A DNA stretch of 64,000 nucleotides from a candidate division FCPU426 bacterium (GTDB taxonomy: Bacteria > Oederibacteriota > Muellerivitia > Muellerivitales > Muellerivitaceae), in the NCBI GenBank assembly GCA_030041545.1, contig JASHNQ010000050.1, forward strand, positions 22,374 to 86,373, in the 5' to 3' direction. Position numbers and translations under genes: made by a program. Position 1 is the first letter of the stretch, and the number at the start of each line of letters is the position of its first letter. This document shows positions 48,100 to 57,501 of the stretch, in pieces. The notes under the pieces are model-generated. The model saw nothing but the letters and a program-made list of their open reading frames with translations. It made no database searches and was not told the origin of the DNA.

Positions 48100-48127
48100 A
48101 AACCATCCACAATTTAAAATTCAAAAT
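48100..48127. repeat. single-arm AT-rich GAATTTTGAATT-family unit array (Q2)
   Basis: ccacaatttaaaattcaaaattcacgattcaaaatt in the hisC-hisD gap; partner arm not evident. Confidence 0.4.
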
Positions 48128-49489
48128 TCACGATTCAAAATTATCTTTCTTACCCATCCTAAACAACACGCTTTGGGCGTGGGCGCCCAAACCCTCTTCG
48201 TTGGCAAAATCCACCGTGGCCTTGCCCAGCGCCTTCACGCCGGGTTTCTTGATCTCCAGCAGGTTGGTGCGTTTGAGGAAGTCGAACACCGAAAGCCCCG
48301 ATGAATAGCGGGCCGTGCCGCCCGTGGGCAGGACATGGTTGGTGCCCGCCGTGTAGTCGCCGAAGGCCTCGGCGCTGTGGGGGCCGATGAAGAGCGCGCC
48401 CGCGTGCTTGATGTCCGGCAGCCAGGCACGGGCGTCTTTGGCCAATATTTCGAGATGTTCGGGCGCGAAACGGTTGGCGAACTCGATGGCTTGCCTCCGG
48501 TTCTTCACCACGAGGATGGCCCCACGGCTCTTGATGGAATCGGCCGCGATTTGCTCCCGTTCCAGGAGTTCCAACTGCAATTCCACTTCCTTGGCCACTT
48601 CCTTGGCGTAAGGGGCGGAAGTGGTCGCCAAAAGGGGCATGGCCATTTCGTCGTGTTCCGCTTGGGCCAGAAGGTCCGCCGCCGCCCAGGAGGCCGGCAC
48701 TGTGCCGTCGGCCAGGATCAGCACCTCGCTGGGCCCCGGAAAACCGTCGATTCCAACTTGTCCGAAAACCTTGCGCTTGGCCAAGGCCACGAAGAGGTTG
48801 CCTGGTCCCGTAATCTTGTCCACGGCCGGGACTGACTTGGTACCATAAGCCAGGGCCGCGACGGCCTGGGCTCCACCGATCTTGAGAATGGTATCGGCTC
48901 CCGCGAAATAGGCAGCGGCCAGCACAATGGGGTTCACCTTGCCATCTTTCTTGACCGGCGTGACCACCACCACTTCCTTAACCCCCGCCACCTTGGCCGG
49001 AATGACATTCATGATGACCGAAGAAGGATAGGCGGCCAGGCCGCCCGGCACATAAAGTCCAACCCGGTCCAGGGGCGTCCAGCGCTGGCCTAGGGCCACC
49101 TGCGGGCCGTTGTGGAACCACCGGGATGGTTTTTCCTTGGCATGGAAAAAGCGGACGTTGCGGATGGCCGTGCGAATGGCGAATTCCACGGGAACTTCAA
49201 GATGATTGAGTGCCTGCTGGATTTCAGCTTGGGTGACGCGGATGTTTTTGGCGTTGGCGGCGAAGCCGTCCAGTTTACGGGTATAGCTGAAGAGGGCCGT
49301 GTCGCCTTTCTCCTTCACGTCTTCCACGATGCGCTCCACGGCCTGTTCAGGTGTCAGCTCCCGCCCGAAGACCTTCTTGGTCAAGGACGCCCGGCTGCCC
49401 GCGCCCTTTAAGGCGAAGATGGGTTCACGCTTAATAAGCTTTTCGACCAAAAAGCGGTCTTTATTCTTCGAATAGTTCAAGATTCGCAT
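48128..49489 (-). CDS. hisD: histidinol dehydrogenase
   Basis: Canonical HisD; ATG preceded by GAAGAGG. Confidence 0.9.
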   Translation of the reverse strand: MRILNYSKNKDRFLVEKLIKREPIFALKGAGSRASLTKKVFGRELTPEQAVERIVEDVKEKGDTALFSYTRKLDGFAANAKNIRVTQAEIQQALNHLEVPVEFAIRTAIRNVRFFHAKEKPSRWFHNGPQVALGQRWTPLDRVGLYVPGGLAAYPSSVIMNVIPAKVAGVKEVVVVTPVKKDGKVNPIVLAAAYFAGADTILKIGGAQAVAALAYGTKSVPAVDKITGPGNLFVALAKRKVFGQVGIDGFPGPSEVLILADGTVPASWAAADLLAQAEHDEMAMPLLATTSAPYAKEVAKEVELQLELLEREQIAADSIKSRGAILVVKNRRQAIEFANRFAPEHLEILAKDARAWLPDIKHAGALFIGPHSAEAFGDYTAGTNHVLPTGGTARYSSGLSVFDFLKRTNLLEIKKPGVKALGKATVDFANEEGLGAHAQSVLFRMGKKDNFES

Positions 49490-49500
49490 CACAACCTCTT

Positions 49501-49606
49501 CGCCAATTTTGAATTTTTAGTTTTAAATTTTAAATATTGGTGGTTTTCGATCAAAGATCGAAAACTTCCACAATTTAAAATTCAAAATTCATAATTCAAA
49601 ATTTCA
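49501..49606. repeat. AT-rich compound palindrome Q3 with perfect inner hairpin
   Basis: aattttgaatttttagttttaaattttaaatatt ... ggttttcgatcaaagatcgaaaac ... aatttaaaattcaaaattcataattcaaaattt, in the hisD-murA gap. Confidence 0.65.
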
Positions 49607-50863
49607 GTTTATCCTTTGAATATCCGCGCCCAAAACCAAAAGCTTCTGTTCGATTTTCTCATATCCCCGGTCCAAGTGGTAAATGCGCTGCACCAGGGTT
49701 TCCCCTTCCGCCACCAGTCCCGCCAGGATCAGGGCCGCGCTGGCCCGAAGGTCCGAGGCCATGACCGGCGCGCCGGTCAATTGTTTCACGCCTTTCACCA
49801 CCGCGTGGCTGCGGTCGATATTGATGTCCGCGCCCATGCGGTTCAGTTCGAAGACATGCATGAAGCGGTTCTCCCAGATGGTTTCGGTGATGACGCTGAT
49901 ACCCGGCACCACGGCCAAAAGCGCCATGATCTGGGCCTGCATGTCCGTGGGGAAACCGGGATAAGGAAGGATCCAGACATCCGCCGGTTTGTAGTCTCCC
50001 CCGCCCTTTACCCTTAGGCCCTCGGCGGTCCCTTCGACCGTTACTCCGATCTGCTTCAACTTGTCGGTAACCGCCGTTAAGTGGGTTGAATCGGCTTTCT
50101 TGAGCAGGACGTCGCCCCGGGTGATGGCGGCGGCCGCCATGAAGGTTCCCGCTTCCACCCGGTCGGGGATCATCGAATAATCGGTGCCCTTCAGGGTCTT
50201 TTTTCCGTCGATGACCAGGCGGGAGGTTCCCCCGCCCTCGATATGGGCTCCCATGGCCTTAAGGAAATTGACCAAATCCCCCACTTCGGGTTCGGTGGCG
50301 GCGGATTCGATGACCGTGGTTCCCTCGGCGGCCGTGGCGGCCATAAGCACGTTCACCGTAGCGCCCACGCTGGGGCCGTGCGGGCCGGCCAGGTAAATGG
50401 TGGTCCCCTTGAGTTTGGAAGCCTTGGCGTGGATGTAGCCGTGCTCGATGGTCACCTTGGCGCCCAACTGCTCCACGCCCTTCAGGTGAAGGTCAATGGG
50501 CCTTGCGCCGATGGCACAGCCCCCGGGCAGGGAAACCTTCGCTTCCCCCAGGCGGGCCAGGCAGGCGCCCAATGAGTAAATGGAGGCCCGCATGGTCTTG
50601 ACCAGCTCGTAAGGCGCCTCGAACTTATTGAACCCTTTGGGGTCGATATGCAGCCGGTGGTCTTCCAGGACGGCGGAAGCGCCCAGCTTGCGCAGCACCT
50701 CACCCATGGTCTTGATGTCGTTCAAGTAGGGCACGTTATGGATGACCGAGGGAGACTCGCCCAAAAGGGCGGCGGTCATGACGGGCAGGGTGGCGTTCTT
50801 GGAGCCGCTGATCTCAACCGTGCCCCGGAGGGTCTTACCGCCCTTGACGGAAATCTTTTGCAT
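49604..50863 (-). CDS. murA: UDP-N-acetylglucosamine 1-carboxyvinyltransferase
   Basis: Canonical MurA from MQKISVKGGKTLRGTVEISGSKNATLP onward. Confidence 0.9.
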   Translation of the reverse strand: MQKISVKGGKTLRGTVEISGSKNATLPVMTAALLGESPSVIHNVPYLNDIKTMGEVLRKLGASAVLEDHRLHIDPKGFNKFEAPYELVKTMRASIYSLGACLARLGEAKVSLPGGCAIGARPIDLHLKGVEQLGAKVTIEHGYIHAKASKLKGTTIYLAGPHGPSVGATVNVLMAATAAEGTTVIESAATEPEVGDLVNFLKAMGAHIEGGGTSRLVIDGKKTLKGTDYSMIPDRVEAGTFMAAAAITRGDVLLKKADSTHLTAVTDKLKQIGVTVEGTAEGLRVKGGGDYKPADVWILPYPGFPTDMQAQIMALLAVVPGISVITETIWENRFMHVFELNRMGADINIDRSHAVVKGVKQLTGAPVMASDLRASAALILAGLVAEGETLVQRIYHLDRGYEKIEQKLLVLGADIQRIN

Positions 50864-50885
50864 GAAAACCCCCAAAATCAAATGG

Positions 50886-51010
50886 AACCACAAAGGCACT
50901 AAGGGCACAAAGTAAATCCAAAACGATTTTGAGTTAAAACTAAAAAAGCCGTCCTAAGACGGCCTTTCAATGTTTAGAAAATTTTCGACTTTCTTGGTGC
51001 CCTTGGTGCC
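50886..51010. repeat. compound palindromic element P6 with perfect inner hairpin
   Basis: ggaaccacaaaggcactaagggcacaaagt ... gccgtcctaagacggc ... cttggtgcccttggtgcctttgtggttc, between the rnpB 3' end and the murA start. Confidence 0.65.
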
Positions 51011-51040
51011 TTTGTGGTTCAATGCCTTTGAAAATAAAAA

Positions 51041-51507
51041 AAGAAGCAGGTCATAAGCCGAATTCTGTTAAGTGTGATCATTTCTCTCGCGGGGTCCGTT
51101 GCCGGCCCCGTCGATGCGATCTTACCCGAAGGCCTCCCCTTCCCGTGAAGGAAAGGGATGGGACGGACCGCCCCAAAGCCTCCCTATTTGATCTTGCTCC
51201 GGATGGGGTTTGCCATGCCGCCCCACTTGCGTGGGGGCGCGGTGGGCTCTTACCCCACCTTTTCACCCTTACCCTTCGACTCGGCCTTACGGCCTCGCTC
51301 AGGGCGGGCCCCTTTAGGGAACCTGCTCTGGTCTCGCCAACGGGCGGTTTGTTTTCTGTGGCACTTTCCTTCAACCCAGTCCTCATCACCAAAGGTTAGA
51401 GGAAGGCTGGGCCGACCGGGCGTTACCCGGCATCCTGTCCTGCGGAGTTCGGACTTTCCTCACCCCCGGGCCCAAAAGGCCGGGAGCGCGATCACGGACC
51501 TGCTTCC
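51041..51507 (-). ncRNA. rnpB: RNase P RNA (bacterial type A)
   Basis: Minus-strand transcript: P1 GGAAGCAGGUCC pairs with GGACCUGCUUC; P4 5' strand GAGGAAAGUCCGAACUCC; GGGUAACGCC; P4 3' strand ACAGAAUUCGGCUUAUGACC; U-tract after the 3' end. Only spurious ORFs overlap. Confidence 0.85.
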
Positions 51508-51591
51508 AAGGGCATAATAGGGGTAAATCCGGCTGAAATCCAGCTTGGCAAACCCGCGGTAGTGGTTCAGTTTGAATGAACCAATCCAGCT

Positions 51592-51700
51592 TCACCCTCA
51601 CCCCGCCCTCTCCCCTCAAGGGAGAGGTGGAAATACACACAAAACCCTCGCCCCTTGAGGGAGCCCTTCGAGGGCCTCAGGGCAGGAGGGTAGGCTTGCG
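51592..51700. repeat. degenerate GGGGAGAGGG-family repeat, copy E
   Basis: caccctcaccccgccctctcccctcaagggagaggtgg ... ccctcgccccttgagggagccc. Confidence 0.5.
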
Positions 51701-51809
51701 GTGAGCGACTCGTGGTGAGCAAAGTCGAACCACCGAAGGGAGTCGAAACCGGTGAGGGGTGTCTAGATGTTTGTGCTGAAATGAAACTGATACACCACCC
51801 AAACCCCTT

Positions 51810-52277
51810 TCAGGCTTTGGATTTGGGCTTGCGCGGAAGAGGACTGGAAAACAGTTGGAGGTCGGACCGTTCGACCCAGCCCATCCGTTTCCAAAACCGC
51901 CGGCCTTCCGCGTTGTTTTTGAAAACCATGAGATGGGTGCGCAAAACACCAGACCTTTCGAGTTTTTGGAGGCAAATCGAAGTCAGCCTCCTTCCCAAAC
52001 CACGGCGGCGGAAAGCCCTTGCCACGGCCAAGTGAAAGATGAACCCGCGCCTTCCATCGTGCCCCCCCAGGATGGTTCCCACCACCTTACGGCCCGATAC
52101 CGCCACCAGGCTGAGACCGGGATTGCGCTTGAGGTAACGGGCCAGGTTGGCCCGACTGTCCCCCCACAGTCCGATCCCTTTGGATTTCCGCCAGAGGTCG
52201 AAGGCCTGCGGGTAGTCGCCCGCCCTCATGAGCCGGATGGAAACGGGAGGATTTTCAGGCTTTCTCAAAGTGCCCAT
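51810..52277 (-). CDS. GNAT family N-acetyltransferase
   Basis: GNAT core motifs (..IFHLAVARAFRRRGLGRRL..); the start may instead be the internal ATG at 52229. Confidence 0.7.
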   Translation of the reverse strand: MGTLRKPENPPVSIRLMRAGDYPQAFDLWRKSKGIGLWGDSRANLARYLKRNPGLSLVAVSGRKVVGTILGGHDGRRGFIFHLAVARAFRRRGLGRRLTSICLQKLERSGVLRTHLMVFKNNAEGRRFWKRMGWVERSDLQLFSSPLPRKPKSKA

Positions 52278-52662
52278 CGATGCCCCGGTTGGCCAACTTG
52301 TCCGCGTGTTTGTTCAATTCGCGGGGCACATGTTTGTAACCCGTAATCTTCAGGTGGACCAGGTACTCCCGGGCCCTTTGGTAGAGGGGCTTGATGTTCT
52401 CGTGTTTCACCCGGTATTCCCCGGACAATTGCTTGATCATGAGCTGGCTGTCGGCCAGGATCTCCACCGGCGAGAGCTTCTTCTTCACGCAATAGTCGAG
52501 GGCCTCCAACAGCGCCTCGTATTCCGCCACGTTGTTGGTGGTGGTTCCGATATACCTCGCGATCTCATGGACGACCTGGCCATCCTTCAGGATCACCGCC
52601 CCGATGCCCGCCGGGCCCGGGTTCCCCCGCGAAGCGCCGTCGCTGTAGATCTGGTAGCTCAT
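52255..52662 (-). CDS. rnhA: ribonuclease HI
   Basis: YSDGASRGNPGPAGIGAV...E.EAL...HVPRE.N..AD.LA. Confidence 0.85.
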   Translation of the reverse strand: MSYQIYSDGASRGNPGPAGIGAVILKDGQVVHEIARYIGTTTNNVAEYEALLEALDYCVKKKLSPVEILADSQLMIKQLSGEYRVKHENIKPLYQRAREYLVHLKITGYKHVPRELNKHADKLANRGIDGHFEKA

Positions 52663-52688
52663 GGCCTTAAACCCCTAAACAAAATCCC

Positions 52689-52795
52689 TCTTACCACAAA
52701 GTACACAACGGACACGAAGTTTAAACCTTTACTTTTTCCCAAATGTTCTACTTCTTTAAACTTTGTGTACTTCGTGAACTTGGTGGTGAGAGTTT
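52689..52795. repeat. compound palindromic element P7 (CACAAAG/CACGAAG arms)
   Basis: ctcttaccacaaagtacacaacggacacgaagttt ... aaactttgtgtacttcgtgaacttggtggtgagag. Confidence 0.7.
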
Positions 52796-52815
52796 AAAGG
52801 TGTTGTTACAGTCTT

Positions 52816-53550
52816 TTATTTCAAAAAAACGATGTCGTCCACCCGCAGGTCGAAGTTGGCTTCGTGTAATTCGGGCGCGAAGGCCAGGTTGGTCACATCC
52901 TTCCAATCGCGGTCCAGGTGGGATCCCCAGTTGGGCTGGTTGAAATCGCTCAAGGGGATCTTGATGAGCCCCCAATCCTTGGGAGCGGTAAAATCCGCCT
53001 GGAACTGGGCGTAATCCTTCACGGCTTGGCGCTCCAAGCGCACGGCATAGGCTTTTCCGTCTCCCTTGGCGTAGAACATCAGGGCGCCGTAAGAGCTTAA
53101 ATCCGTGACCCCGCCCTGGCTGGCCAGGGAAGTCAGGAGGGCGACCCAGGTATAGGGGTCTTCATTAGGCCCTAGGTAGCCCTTGAAACCGGCGCAATAG
53201 CCCGGGGTGGCGGGCGACCCGCCTTCCAGTCGCTGGTAGGAGGAAGGCGTGACGGTGGTGCCCATGTTGTTCTGGTCGCAGCCCAGCCACCAATTCCGGT
53301 CCTGGGTTTCGAAATCGTCGATAACCCATGTGCCAGCGGGATATTTCACTTCCTTGCCTTCCTTCTTTACCAGGGGGGCAAGGGAGGCTTGCAGTTTGTC
53401 GCGCAGTTCCTGGTTTTCGCGCCGGAGGCGCAGGATTTCATATTTCAACTGGTCCTCGGTCCAGCCCTGGAATGAGTCGTCCGTTTGGGCCCAAACCGCC
53501 AAACCGGACATGAAAAAAAACAATGGCAAGGCCGTCTTGAAAAAGCGCAT
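52816..53550 (-). CDS. secreted CIA30/CBM-like domain protein
   Basis: ATG (MRFFKTALPLFFFMSGLAVWAQ signal peptide) preceded by GGAGG; coiled-coil then a beta-sandwich-like domain resembling CIA30. Confidence 0.5.
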   Translation of the reverse strand: MRFFKTALPLFFFMSGLAVWAQTDDSFQGWTEDQLKYEILRLRRENQELRDKLQASLAPLVKKEGKEVKYPAGTWVIDDFETQDRNWWLGCDQNNMGTTVTPSSYQRLEGGSPATPGYCAGFKGYLGPNEDPYTWVALLTSLASQGGVTDLSSYGALMFYAKGDGKAYAVRLERQAVKDYAQFQADFTAPKDWGLIKIPLSDFNQPNWGSHLDRDWKDVTNLAFAPELHEANFDLRVDDIVFLK

Positions 53551-53650
53551 AAAGCCTCCGCAAAAGGTGGGCCCATTATGGCCCAACCCCACCCCGATTT
53601 CAGCAGCGAAAGCCTTGAGGACATCCGTGGGATGGGTCTATCCTTGTTCC

Positions 53651-55267
53651 ATGTCCAACCGACCTTGGTCCGCCCTGTTCCTGGCCTTCGGAATCGTCCT
53701 GTGGGGGGCTGCCTCGCCTTCCCACTCCCAAACCTCCCTTCCCCCCCTGACCGAAGACCAGCAATGCCTCCAGGCCCTCAACCGCATCACCTTCGGTCCC
53801 CAACCCGGCGACCTGGACAGGGTGAGGCGAATGGGCGTCCAGGCCTTTATCGAAGAGCAGTTGGCCCCGGAAAAGATCGACGATTCCGCCTGCGAAAAGG
53901 ACCTGGCGCGTTTTCCCGTGCTTCGGGATTCCATCCTCGCCCTTTACCTGGAATACCCGCACCCCGCCATCCGCCTTTTCCGCCCCGACCTGAGGAACAA
54001 GGTCTACACGCCCTCGGAAGAAAGCATGGGCTATGAGCATATCAACGGGATCGCTTCCCAACTAGCCGCGGCCAAGCTGACCCGCGCGGTGGAGAGCAAG
54101 CGCCAGCTTTACGAGGTGATGGTGGATTTTTGGTACAACCATTTCAACGTGGATTTCGACAAGGACGGCGTCCAATGGCTCGTGCCTTCCTATGAGAAGG
54201 AAGCCATCCGCCCCTATGCCATGGGCAAGTTCCTGGACCTCCTGACCGCCGTGGCTAAAAGCCCCGCCATGCTCATCTACCTGGACAACAACACCAGTTT
54301 GGCCGATCCGAAGTTCAAACCGCAGCCGGCGCCCGGCGGACCTGGGGGCTCGGGCGGCATGATGATGCAAAGCCCCCCCGGGAAGGGCATGCGCCTGAAC
54401 GAGAACTACGCGCGGGAGCTGATGGAGCTTCACACCCTGGGCGTGGACGGCGGCTACACGCAGAAGGACGTGATCGAGGCCGCCCGGGTCTTGACCGGAT
54501 GGGGGGTCAGGGGCCTCAATACCGACACCGCGCCGGTGCCCATCGCCTTTGAATTCAAGCCTTGGCACCATGACACGAACCTGAAAACCGTCCTGGGCCA
54601 CAGCTTCGGGCCGGATGACGGCGTCAAGGAGGGCGAGGAGCTCCTGGCCATGCTCAGCCTCGAGCCCGCCACGGCCCGATTCATCGCCAAAAAGCTCTGT
54701 CAGCGGTTCGTGGCCGACGACCCGCCGCCCGCCCTGGTCCGGAAGGTCGCGGAAAAATTCCTGGAAACCGGCGGGGATATCCGGGAGACCTTGAGGGCCC
54801 TTTTGGAGTCGCCCGAGTTCCTGGATCCCCGGTATTACCGGGCCAAGGTCAAGACGCCTCTCGAGTACGCGGCCAGCGCCCTGAGGGCCGTCGGCGCCCA
54901 ATCCACGGACTGGGGCTGGGTGAACCAGAACCTGGAAGCCATGGGCGAACCCCTTTACCGCTGCGAGCCTCCCACGGGTTATCCCCAAGTGGCCTCCCTC
55001 TGGGTGAGTTCCTCGGCGGTCCTGGCCCGCGCCAACTTCGCCACCCGGCTCTTCGCCTACCCGGACAAGGGTTCGCAGCGCTTCAACCTGGAGCCTTTCA
55101 AGCCCAAAGGGCCGGAAAACAGCCTGGACCGGGCTTTTGGCTTTCTTTTGGAGGACCAGGTTTTCGATTCCACCCGGAAGGCACTGGCGGCCGGCGACGT
55201 TTCTTCGCTGGACCCCCAAAAAGCCGGGGCCTTGGTTTTGGCCTCGCCCGATTTCCAAAGGAGGTAG
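53651..55267 (+). CDS. DUF1800 domain-containing protein
   Basis: Signal peptide; DUF1800-like sequence; located immediately upstream of a DUF1501 gene. The ORF-track 5' extension looks spurious. Confidence 0.75.
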   Translation: MSNRPWSALFLAFGIVLWGAASPSHSQTSLPPLTEDQQCLQALNRITFGPQPGDLDRVRRMGVQAFIEEQLAPEKIDDSACEKDLARFPVLRDSILALYLEYPHPAIRLFRPDLRNKVYTPSEESMGYEHINGIASQLAAAKLTRAVESKRQLYEVMVDFWYNHFNVDFDKDGVQWLVPSYEKEAIRPYAMGKFLDLLTAVAKSPAMLIYLDNNTSLADPKFKPQPAPGGPGGSGGMMMQSPPGKGMRLNENYARELMELHTLGVDGGYTQKDVIEAARVLTGWGVRGLNTDTAPVPIAFEFKPWHHDTNLKTVLGHSFGPDDGVKEGEELLAMLSLEPATARFIAKKLCQRFVADDPPPALVRKVAEKFLETGGDIRETLRALLESPEFLDPRYYRAKVKTPLEYAASALRAVGAQSTDWGWVNQNLEAMGEPLYRCEPPTGYPQVASLWVSSSAVLARANFATRLFAYPDKGSQRFNLEPFKPKGPENSLDRAFGFLLEDQVFDSTRKALAAGDVSSLDPQKAGALVLASPDFQRR

Positions 55268-55269
55268 CC

Positions 55270-56499
55270 ATGGAAAGTAAAACACCCAACCTATCCCGTA
55301 GGGATTTCCTCAAGCTCAGCGGCGCGGCCATGGCGGGCCTGGCCTATTGGTCCATGCCCCCCTGGCTCCACGCTGCGGCCAGCCTTTCGGCAAGCAAGTC
55401 CAAAACCCTGGTGGTGCTCTTCCAAAGGGGCGCGGCCGACGGGTTGAATATCCTGGTGCCCTTCAAGGACCCCCTCTACCAAAAGGCCCGGCCCACCCTG
55501 GGTTTGGCCTATGCCGGGGGAGGGGTGCTGGATCTGGATGGTTCTTTCGGGCTTCACCCTTCCCTTGCCCCGCTTTTGCCGCTTTGGAAATCCGGCCAGC
55601 TGGCCTTTGTCCATGCCGCCGGATCCCCCAACCCCACCCGGTCCCATTTCGACGCCCAAGACAACATGGAATCCGGGACTCCCTTCAACAAGGGGACTTC
55701 CGACGGATGGCTCAACCGAAGCCTCACTTGCCTGCCCTCGGCGGGCACCGACCCCCTTTGCGCCATCGCCTTTTCCGCCCGCCAGCCCCGTATCTTGCAG
55801 GGAGGGTTTCCGGTGGCGTCCATTGACAACCTGGAAAACTACGGCTTCACCCACGGCCCCATGGACCTGGACGCGCTGCAAAGGATGTACGGGGATGCTT
55901 CCGGTTCCCTGCTTTCCAAAGCTGGGCGCCAAACCTTTGATACCGTGAGCCGCGTGCGGGACATCCTGAAATCAAGCCCGGCCGCCCCCGAATCCGCGGG
56001 TTACGGCTATGGCGACTTCAACCACAGGCTTTCGGACCTGGCCCGGATCCTCAAATCCGGGGCGGGCGTCAAGGCCGCTTTCCTGGATATCGGCGGCTGG
56101 GACCACCATAACGAGGAAGGTTACCGGCTCGACTACTTGTTAAGGGAATGGTCGAAGGGGTTGGCGGCCTTTTGGAGGGACTTGGGCGACAAGGCTTCCG
56201 GCGTGGTGATGGTTTCCATGACCGAATTCGGCAGGACCCTGGCGGAAAACGGCGCCCGGGGCACGGACCACGGGAGGGGCGGAGTGATGTTCCTGATGGG
56301 CGGCCCGGTCAAGGGCGGCAAGGTTTACGGGAAATGGCCGGGCTTGGAGACGGAAAACCTGGAGGATGGCCGCGACCTGAAGGTGACCACCGACTTTAGG
56401 CAGGTGCTCTCCGAGGTGCTCGCCGGTCATTTGGGGATTCAAAGGCAGGCCTCGGTATTCCCGGATTTCAATCCGGGTCCGGCCTTGGGGTGGATTTGA
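55270..56499 (+). CDS. DUF1501 domain-containing protein (Tat signal)
   Basis: SRRDFLKLSGAAMAGLA twin-arginine signal; AGGAGG 5 nt upstream; canonical DUF1800-DUF1501 pairing. Confidence 0.8.
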   Translation: MESKTPNLSRRDFLKLSGAAMAGLAYWSMPPWLHAAASLSASKSKTLVVLFQRGAADGLNILVPFKDPLYQKARPTLGLAYAGGGVLDLDGSFGLHPSLAPLLPLWKSGQLAFVHAAGSPNPTRSHFDAQDNMESGTPFNKGTSDGWLNRSLTCLPSAGTDPLCAIAFSARQPRILQGGFPVASIDNLENYGFTHGPMDLDALQRMYGDASGSLLSKAGRQTFDTVSRVRDILKSSPAAPESAGYGYGDFNHRLSDLARILKSGAGVKAAFLDIGGWDHHNEEGYRLDYLLREWSKGLAAFWRDLGDKASGVVMVSMTEFGRTLAENGARGTDHGRGGVMFLMGGPVKGGKVYGKWPGLETENLEDGRDLKVTTDFRQVLSEVLAGHLGIQRQASVFPDFNPGPALGWI

Positions 56500-56511
56500 T
56501 AAATGAAGTCT

Positions 56512-57501
56512 TTATTCAGTCGCTTTTAGGATATTTTTAGCTAATTTCTTAAAATCTTCGTAACAATCTTTAACAGCACTAACATGAGCACCTATTGCAC
56601 CATCAGCAGGTTTTAAAAAAAACATCGGCTTACGAGCTTCCATTGCCATTGGCATCAAGCTTCGATAATGTTTAATAGTAGAAAAACGATACGGATCATT
56701 GTCGGTGGCGGGGGCAGAATTTTCGCTTTGTTCCAAAATATAACTTCGATAGTACATTGGAACTTTTTTTATCCATCTGTCATAAGCTTTAACTGGACGA
56801 TCCTGACGAATCGCATGTTGCATTACAACATAACCAATAGGCTTCATCGTACCTTTCGGTATTAATAAGTCTTTTGATATTTTCTTTTGATTTTTTACTT
56901 TTTGACGGCTTGCCCATTCTTCACGCCAATTGACTAGTGTAGGGCCCAAATTTCTCAACCCTTGAAGCGAAAACAAATCGGGAGCCAATGGGATAACAAC
57001 AAATTCTGCAGAAATAAGAGCCGATCTGTTTATAGCACCAAGATTTGGCCCAACATCAACCAATACTAAATCCGCTTTATTTTCATTCGATGCTTTTAAC
57101 AAAATTCTATAAAAAGCGGAAACTGCTCTAAAGGATGCTTCGTCTCCATCCATACAACGCGGCCAAGCATCTGACAATTTCGCTTCAAAATTCGACAATT
57201 CTAGGTCACCAGGTATGATCCCTAAATGTTTATTGATTCTCTCAACGTTGGGATCACCTATATCACCCGTCCCCTTTTGAATCGGATTTACCGCACCTTG
57301 AATGCTCAAATAGTGAGGGCCATCTGGCCACAATTCTTCCAACCGATTTTCTGCCAAAAACATGGATGTCAAATTTGCTTGGGGATCCAAATCTGCCGCT
57401 ATCACATTCAAACCCAATTCGGTGTACATCCAAGCCAAGTGATATACCAAAGAAGTTTTTCCGACACCTCCCTTGTTGTTAAAGAATGCAATGGTTTTCA
57501 T
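56512..57501 (-). CDS. ParA/MinD-family ATPase with ~100-aa C-terminal extension (low-GC island)
   Basis: MKTIAFFNNKGGVGKTSLVYHLA deviant Walker A; AT-rich codon usage unlike the rest of the window. Confidence 0.75.
   Translation of the reverse strand: MKTIAFFNNKGGVGKTSLVYHLAWMYTELGLNVIAADLDPQANLTSMFLAENRLEELWPDGPHYLSIQGAVNPIQKGTGDIGDPNVERINKHLGIIPGDLELSNFEAKLSDAWPRCMDGDEASFRAVSAFYRILLKASNENKADLVLVDVGPNLGAINRSALISAEFVVIPLAPDLFSLQGLRNLGPTLVNWREEWASRQKVKNQKKISKDLLIPKGTMKPIGYVVMQHAIRQDRPVKAYDRWIKKVPMYYRSYILEQSENSAPATDNDPYRFSTIKHYRSLMPMAMEARKPMFFLKPADGAIGAHVSAVKDCYEDFKKLAKNILKATE

Noticed and set aside
51022-51517. Several 100-125-aa ORFs on both strands
   Set aside because: They overlap the RNase P RNA gene; the region is non-coding.
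53249-53650. 5' extension of the DUF1800 ORF (MTVVPMLFWSQ...)
   Set aside because: The extension overlaps the divergent CIA30-like gene and its promoter; a signal-peptide-bearing start (MSNRPWSALFLAF) at 53651 fits better.
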